Shown in pieces: positions 60,924 to 64,000 of a DNA stretch of 64,000 nucleotides; positions within the stretch are counted from its first letter, which is position 1, and every line of letters begins with the position of its first letter. The notes below the pieces were generated by a model that was given only the letters and a program-made list of their open reading frames with translations, made no database searches and had not been told where the DNA came from. Location: NCBI GenBank assembly GCA_965221695.1, contig OZ244905.1, forward strand, positions 1,600,001 to 1,664,000. Direction: 5' to 3'. Origin of the DNA: Gammaproteobacteria bacterium (GTDB lineage Bacteria > Pseudomonadota > Gammaproteobacteria > Eutrophobiales > Eutrophobiaceae). The position numbers and the translations under genes are program-made.

Positions 60924-61724
60924 TCAATACAGGAACACCGCATTGCAGCGGGTATTGTCACTGTCAACGTTCCAGGATGAGCCTGTTGCGTCCGCATTAT
61001 TGATGCAAGGCGCGCCGGTGGTGGACGACCAGAGAATGACTTCACTCCCTGGTGTGCCGGCGCCGAAATCATCACCACCTACCGTGCCTTCTCCGTTCTT
61101 TGCCGTATTCACCGTGGCGCGCACGACCCCGCTGCCCGGGTCGCCGTCATCCAGTTTTACATCCAGTTCCCGCAACAATGCCGGGGTAACGCCGGCTCCG
61201 AACGCGTAAGCCAGGCGCACGGTTGACCCGGATGCGGCGCCTCCGTCATCATAATCATCGGTAAATCCCAGCAGGACCGGTTGCTGGAAGGCATTGCCGG
61301 GCACCTGGCCGGTCAACACACCGGCTTCATATTGTGCCGCGGTAGCGGTACCCCCACCGTAACTGCCGTTCAACAAGCGTGAATGGGCCAGGTGCGCCCA
61401 TACTGCGCCGGCCTCCTCCCAGCGGTCTATGCGCCCGTTCTGGTTGCCGCCGATGGTGGGTGTTCCGCCACAATTGGGGTCGACTTCCGCGCTGATGGCG
61501 CGGCACGCCAGCGCCGCGGGCATGTCGCCGGGGACCTGCCGATAACGGTCGATAAAACCATAATACGCGGCCTGTATGCCGGCATTCTGATCGGCCATAT
61601 TGCGCACCCTGGCGCTGCTGATCAATTGCTGGCCCTTCAGAATGCCGCCCAGCATGAGCCCGATCAGGACCAGGACGACAGCGATTTCCACCAGGGTAAA
61701 ACCTGGTTGTGGACGTGATTTCAT
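60924..61724 (-). CDS. type IV pilin-like protein (prepilin N-terminal cleavage/methylation motif)
   Basis: G|FTLVEIAVVLVLIGL, LD.KLDDG.P..G. Confidence 0.9.
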   Translation of the reverse strand: MKSRPQPGFTLVEIAVVLVLIGLMLGGILKGQQLISSARVRNMADQNAGIQAAYYGFIDRYRQVPGDMPAALACRAISAEVDPNCGGTPTIGGNQNGRIDRWEEAGAVWAHLAHSRLLNGSYGGGTATAAQYEAGVLTGQVPGNAFQQPVLLGFTDDYDDGGAASGSTVRLAYAFGAGVTPALLRELDVKLDDGDPGSGVVRATVNTAKNGEGTVGGDDFGAGTPGSEVILWSSTTGAPCINNADATGSSWNVDSDNTRCNAVFLY

Positions 61725-61753
61725 AAGAGTATCCTCCATGAATTTAGGTAATT

Positions 61754-61880
61754 TTAAGAAGCTCCGGACAAGTCCATCCAGGACTTGTCAGAGCGCGCAG
61801 TGGCCATCCTCGGATGTCCACATCCACTCCGGGTGGATTTGTGACGATACGTCCGTGTATCGCCGGAAACTCTGACTTAA
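61754..61880. repeat. family A element variant (inverted, different internal hairpins)
   Basis: gctccggacaagtccatccaggacttgtcagagc...cgatacgtccgtgtatcg...ggaaactctgacttaa. Confidence 0.75.
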
Positions 61881-62173
61881 CGATGCTTCAGGTATGAGCC
61901 AACCTGAAACTTCATGCCAAGCGCGCGTAAAATCGGCGCAAGTGTGGACCAGCGCGGATTGCCTTTTTCAGAGAGCGCCCGATACAGGCTTTCCCTGGGG
62001 ATACCCACTCTTTGTACCAGTTGTGACATGCCCTGAGTCTCAGCCATATTGCGCAGAGCCAGCAGAAAGACAGCCGGTTCTTCGTCTTCAGCCGCAGCAG
62101 TCAGGTATTCGGCGGCAAATGTCGGATCTTCCAATTGCTTGTGCAGCCAATCATTGTGTTTTACGGTTTTCAT
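61877..62173 (-). CDS. addiction module antidote (HI1420-like HTH antitoxin)
   Basis: FAAEYL..A, GMSQL...GIPRESLYRALSEKGNP. Confidence 0.9.
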   Translation of the reverse strand: MKTVKHNDWLHKQLEDPTFAAEYLTAAAEDEEPAVFLLALRNMAETQGMSQLVQRVGIPRESLYRALSEKGNPRWSTLAPILRALGMKFQVGSYLKHR

Positions 62174-62183
62174 CTTAATGTGT

Positions 62184-62507
62184 TCAATCAGGTTGTTGGC
62201 CCAACCAGTTTTTCAGTCGCTGTTCGGCTACTTCGATGTCTTTTTTCTGAGCGCTTTTGCTGGCGCCACAGAGCAGCAAGATGCTCGAAATACCGATCTT
62301 CGCAAAATAGATTCGATAGCCGGGTCCATGGTCTATTCGCAATTCGCTTACCCCGCCTCTGAGATACTTGCAATCTCCGAACAGGCCAAGGTTCAAGCGA
62401 CTGATCCTGGTTGCTATACGAGCCGCAGCCGTTTTACTCCGGATTGTACGGAACCACTTGTCGATCAAGTCCTGTCCGTCCGGGTCCGTGTAATGAAAAA
62501 CTTCCAT
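62184..62507 (-). CDS. addiction module killer protein (HI1419/Gp49, RelE-like toxin)
   Basis: RI..RI.RL.LG.FGD.K...GGVSELRIDHGPGYRIYF. Confidence 0.9.
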   Translation of the reverse strand: MEVFHYTDPDGQDLIDKWFRTIRSKTAAARIATRISRLNLGLFGDCKYLRGGVSELRIDHGPGYRIYFAKIGISSILLLCGASKSAQKKDIEVAEQRLKNWLGQQPD

Positions 62508-62561
62508 GCGTAATAATTGTGTAACGTATAAGATACAAATATCAAATTGATTAATCCGCGG

Positions 62562-63281
62562 TCACAAGCTCATTTCCTGTTCGAGCAACGCCAGTCTGTT
62601 TTTCAAAAAACGCAATTCATTGTCGCTGCCGGCCAGTTTGCCGTTTGCGAGCAGTCCTCCGATGATGATTTGAGCGCTTTCAAGTTCACCCAGGTCTTCC
62701 AGTACGAACAGCTCCATTTGTGTTACCCAGGGGGGCGCGGCGGCGCTGTTCACGTTCAGGCGCAGGGCGTTCGCGTATTTCAAAGCCAGTTGCAAATCTC
62801 CGATACGATGTCTTGCGACATAAACCCCATGGACCATCCAGGGCCAGCGGTGGTCAGGGTCATCGAGAAAGCGCCGATAGACGAAGTCCAGCATTTGCCG
62901 CTTCCCGGTGTCATCCGGCGTTTGCGTGTACACGCGGCTGGCGGATAACAGCGGGTATTGAAAACGGCTGTCCAGTGCAAGCAGCGCGTCCAACCAGTTT
63001 ATGACCCTGGCATAGTCCAATCTTTCGAACGGAATACTGACACCGGGTTGATTGTCGAACGCCTGCAGCCACAACATCAGGACTTTCGCCAGGACATCCG
63101 GTTCTCCCAGGCCGGATAAACGTAACAGGTTGACGTTCGGCGCGTCCGGCAAGGTTTCAGCGCTTGCCATCGCCTGGGGTCGCGCACTACTCCAGCCTAC
63201 CTGGATTAACAGGCTGACAATGATTACCGCCAGCACCGGAAGCGGAACTGTTGACAGTGGTCTTGCTGCGCGATCATTCAT
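62562..63281 (-). CDS. conserved hypothetical membrane-anchored protein of the pilin/ABC locus
   Basis: N-terminal TM, LWLQAFDNQPG...LDP-like helical repeats; co-oriented with the ABC genes. Confidence 0.75.
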   Translation of the reverse strand: MNDRAARPLSTVPLPVLAVIIVSLLIQVGWSSARPQAMASAETLPDAPNVNLLRLSGLGEPDVLAKVLMLWLQAFDNQPGVSIPFERLDYARVINWLDALLALDSRFQYPLLSASRVYTQTPDDTGKRQMLDFVYRRFLDDPDHRWPWMVHGVYVARHRIGDLQLALKYANALRLNVNSAAAPPWVTQMELFVLEDLGELESAQIIIGGLLANGKLAGSDNELRFLKNRLALLEQEMSL

Positions 63282-63326
63282 TAAGTCACTCCTGTCTGTC
63301 TTGAGGGATTCACATAAGCGCCCTCA

Positions 63327-63423
63327 TACCATTCCCGTCCAAACGGGAATCCAGTGAACAAAGAGTCGCCCTTCGGGCAACACAGTATTTGACTGGACTC
63401 CCGCTTTCGCGGGAGTGGTACGG
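63327..63423. repeat. family B REP unit, inverted
   Basis: Reverse complement of most of the 125-bp unit (…gactggactcccgctttcgcgggagtggtacgg). Confidence 0.85.
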
Positions 63424-63499
63424 GGGAAGGCAAGCGCCTGTGCCGACAGCTACATGCAATCTGGGTGTGTAGAGACCTGATCATGAGGGTTTGGGACAA

Positions 63500-64000
63500 T
63501 TACAGATTCTGCCGGTACAGGTCAAACAGGCCGGCGGACAGCAGGACGGGCAGGTAAACCACGGTCTGGATCAATACTGCTCCCACTGCGCCGGCGCTGA
63601 TCCCGTAGACCAGCCATTCGCTGCGGGTGAATGCGTGCAGGTCGGGCAGCAGCAGCGCCAGCCCGTTCACCATGAAATTCATCAAGACCTGTGAGTTGGC
63701 GTCCGATGCCAGCGCCGGGGCGGCGCTTAACAGGCGCAGCGTCTCCATGCTGCGCGCCAACAGGTAAAATGCGATGACTGACGTGAATGCCAGGCTCACA
63801 TTGGCAAAGGTGAGCAGGCACAGCAAGCTGAAGCAGGCCAGCAGTGCCAGCTCGCAGAACAGGGAGAACATCCAACAGCCGACCGCAACGGCGGGGGCGT
63901 ACAGGAACAACGGCAGCGCAGCAAGAACAGCCACGCTTAATGAAAAACCTGCAAATCCGGCTGTCTTACCTAACAGGTACGCGTGCCTGGGCAGTGGCAC
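63500..64000 (-). CDS. ABC transporter permease (PilI-like), 5' end outside the window
   Basis: PLPR..YLLGK, multiple TM helices, LLPDL. Confidence 0.8.
   Translation of the reverse strand: MPLPRHAYLLGKTAGFAGFSLSVAVLAALPLFLYAPAVAVGCWMFSLFCELALLACFSLLCLLTFANVSLAFTSVIAFYLLARSMETLRLLSAAPALASDANSQVLMNFMVNGLALLLPDLHAFTRSEWLVYGISAGAVGAVLIQTVVYLPVLLSAGLFDLYRQNL

Overview
This is a chromosomal segment of a GC-rich gammaproteobacterium. The housekeeping backbone comprises asmA-like, argH, an M17 aminopeptidase, fhs, katG, selO, tRNA-Arg(ACG), tRNA-Ser(GCT)-csrA-lysC-alaS-recX-recA, gshA and rsmE. Several accessory blocks interrupt it. (1) Conjugation/T4SS parts are scattered among core genes with no relaxase, VirB4 or integrase in the window: VirB11 ATPase, VirD4-like coupling protein and TrbM/KikA at 4.8-8.2 kb, and VirB3 plus VirB2 pilin directly upstream of recA at 55.7-56.3 kb. 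(2) An AT-richer conflict-type region at 12-19 kb holds an MTase-HNH fusion, an SNase-HhH protein and a HipA-like kinase cassette enclosed by two 0.7-0.8 kb direct repeats; each repeat has a promoter, a conserved structured leader and a DUF1640-like coiled-coil gene of variable repeat length. (3) A 16 kb putative N-heteroaromatic/amide uptake and catabolism cluster. (4) A 14.4 kb block separates the normally adjacent tRNA-Ser(GCT) and tRNA-Arg(ACG). (5) Two families of dispersed palindromic repeats occur, one a multi-hairpin TTAA-bounded MITE-like element and one forming a 125-bp tandem array. All family assignments come from motif recognition by eye; no database searches were run.
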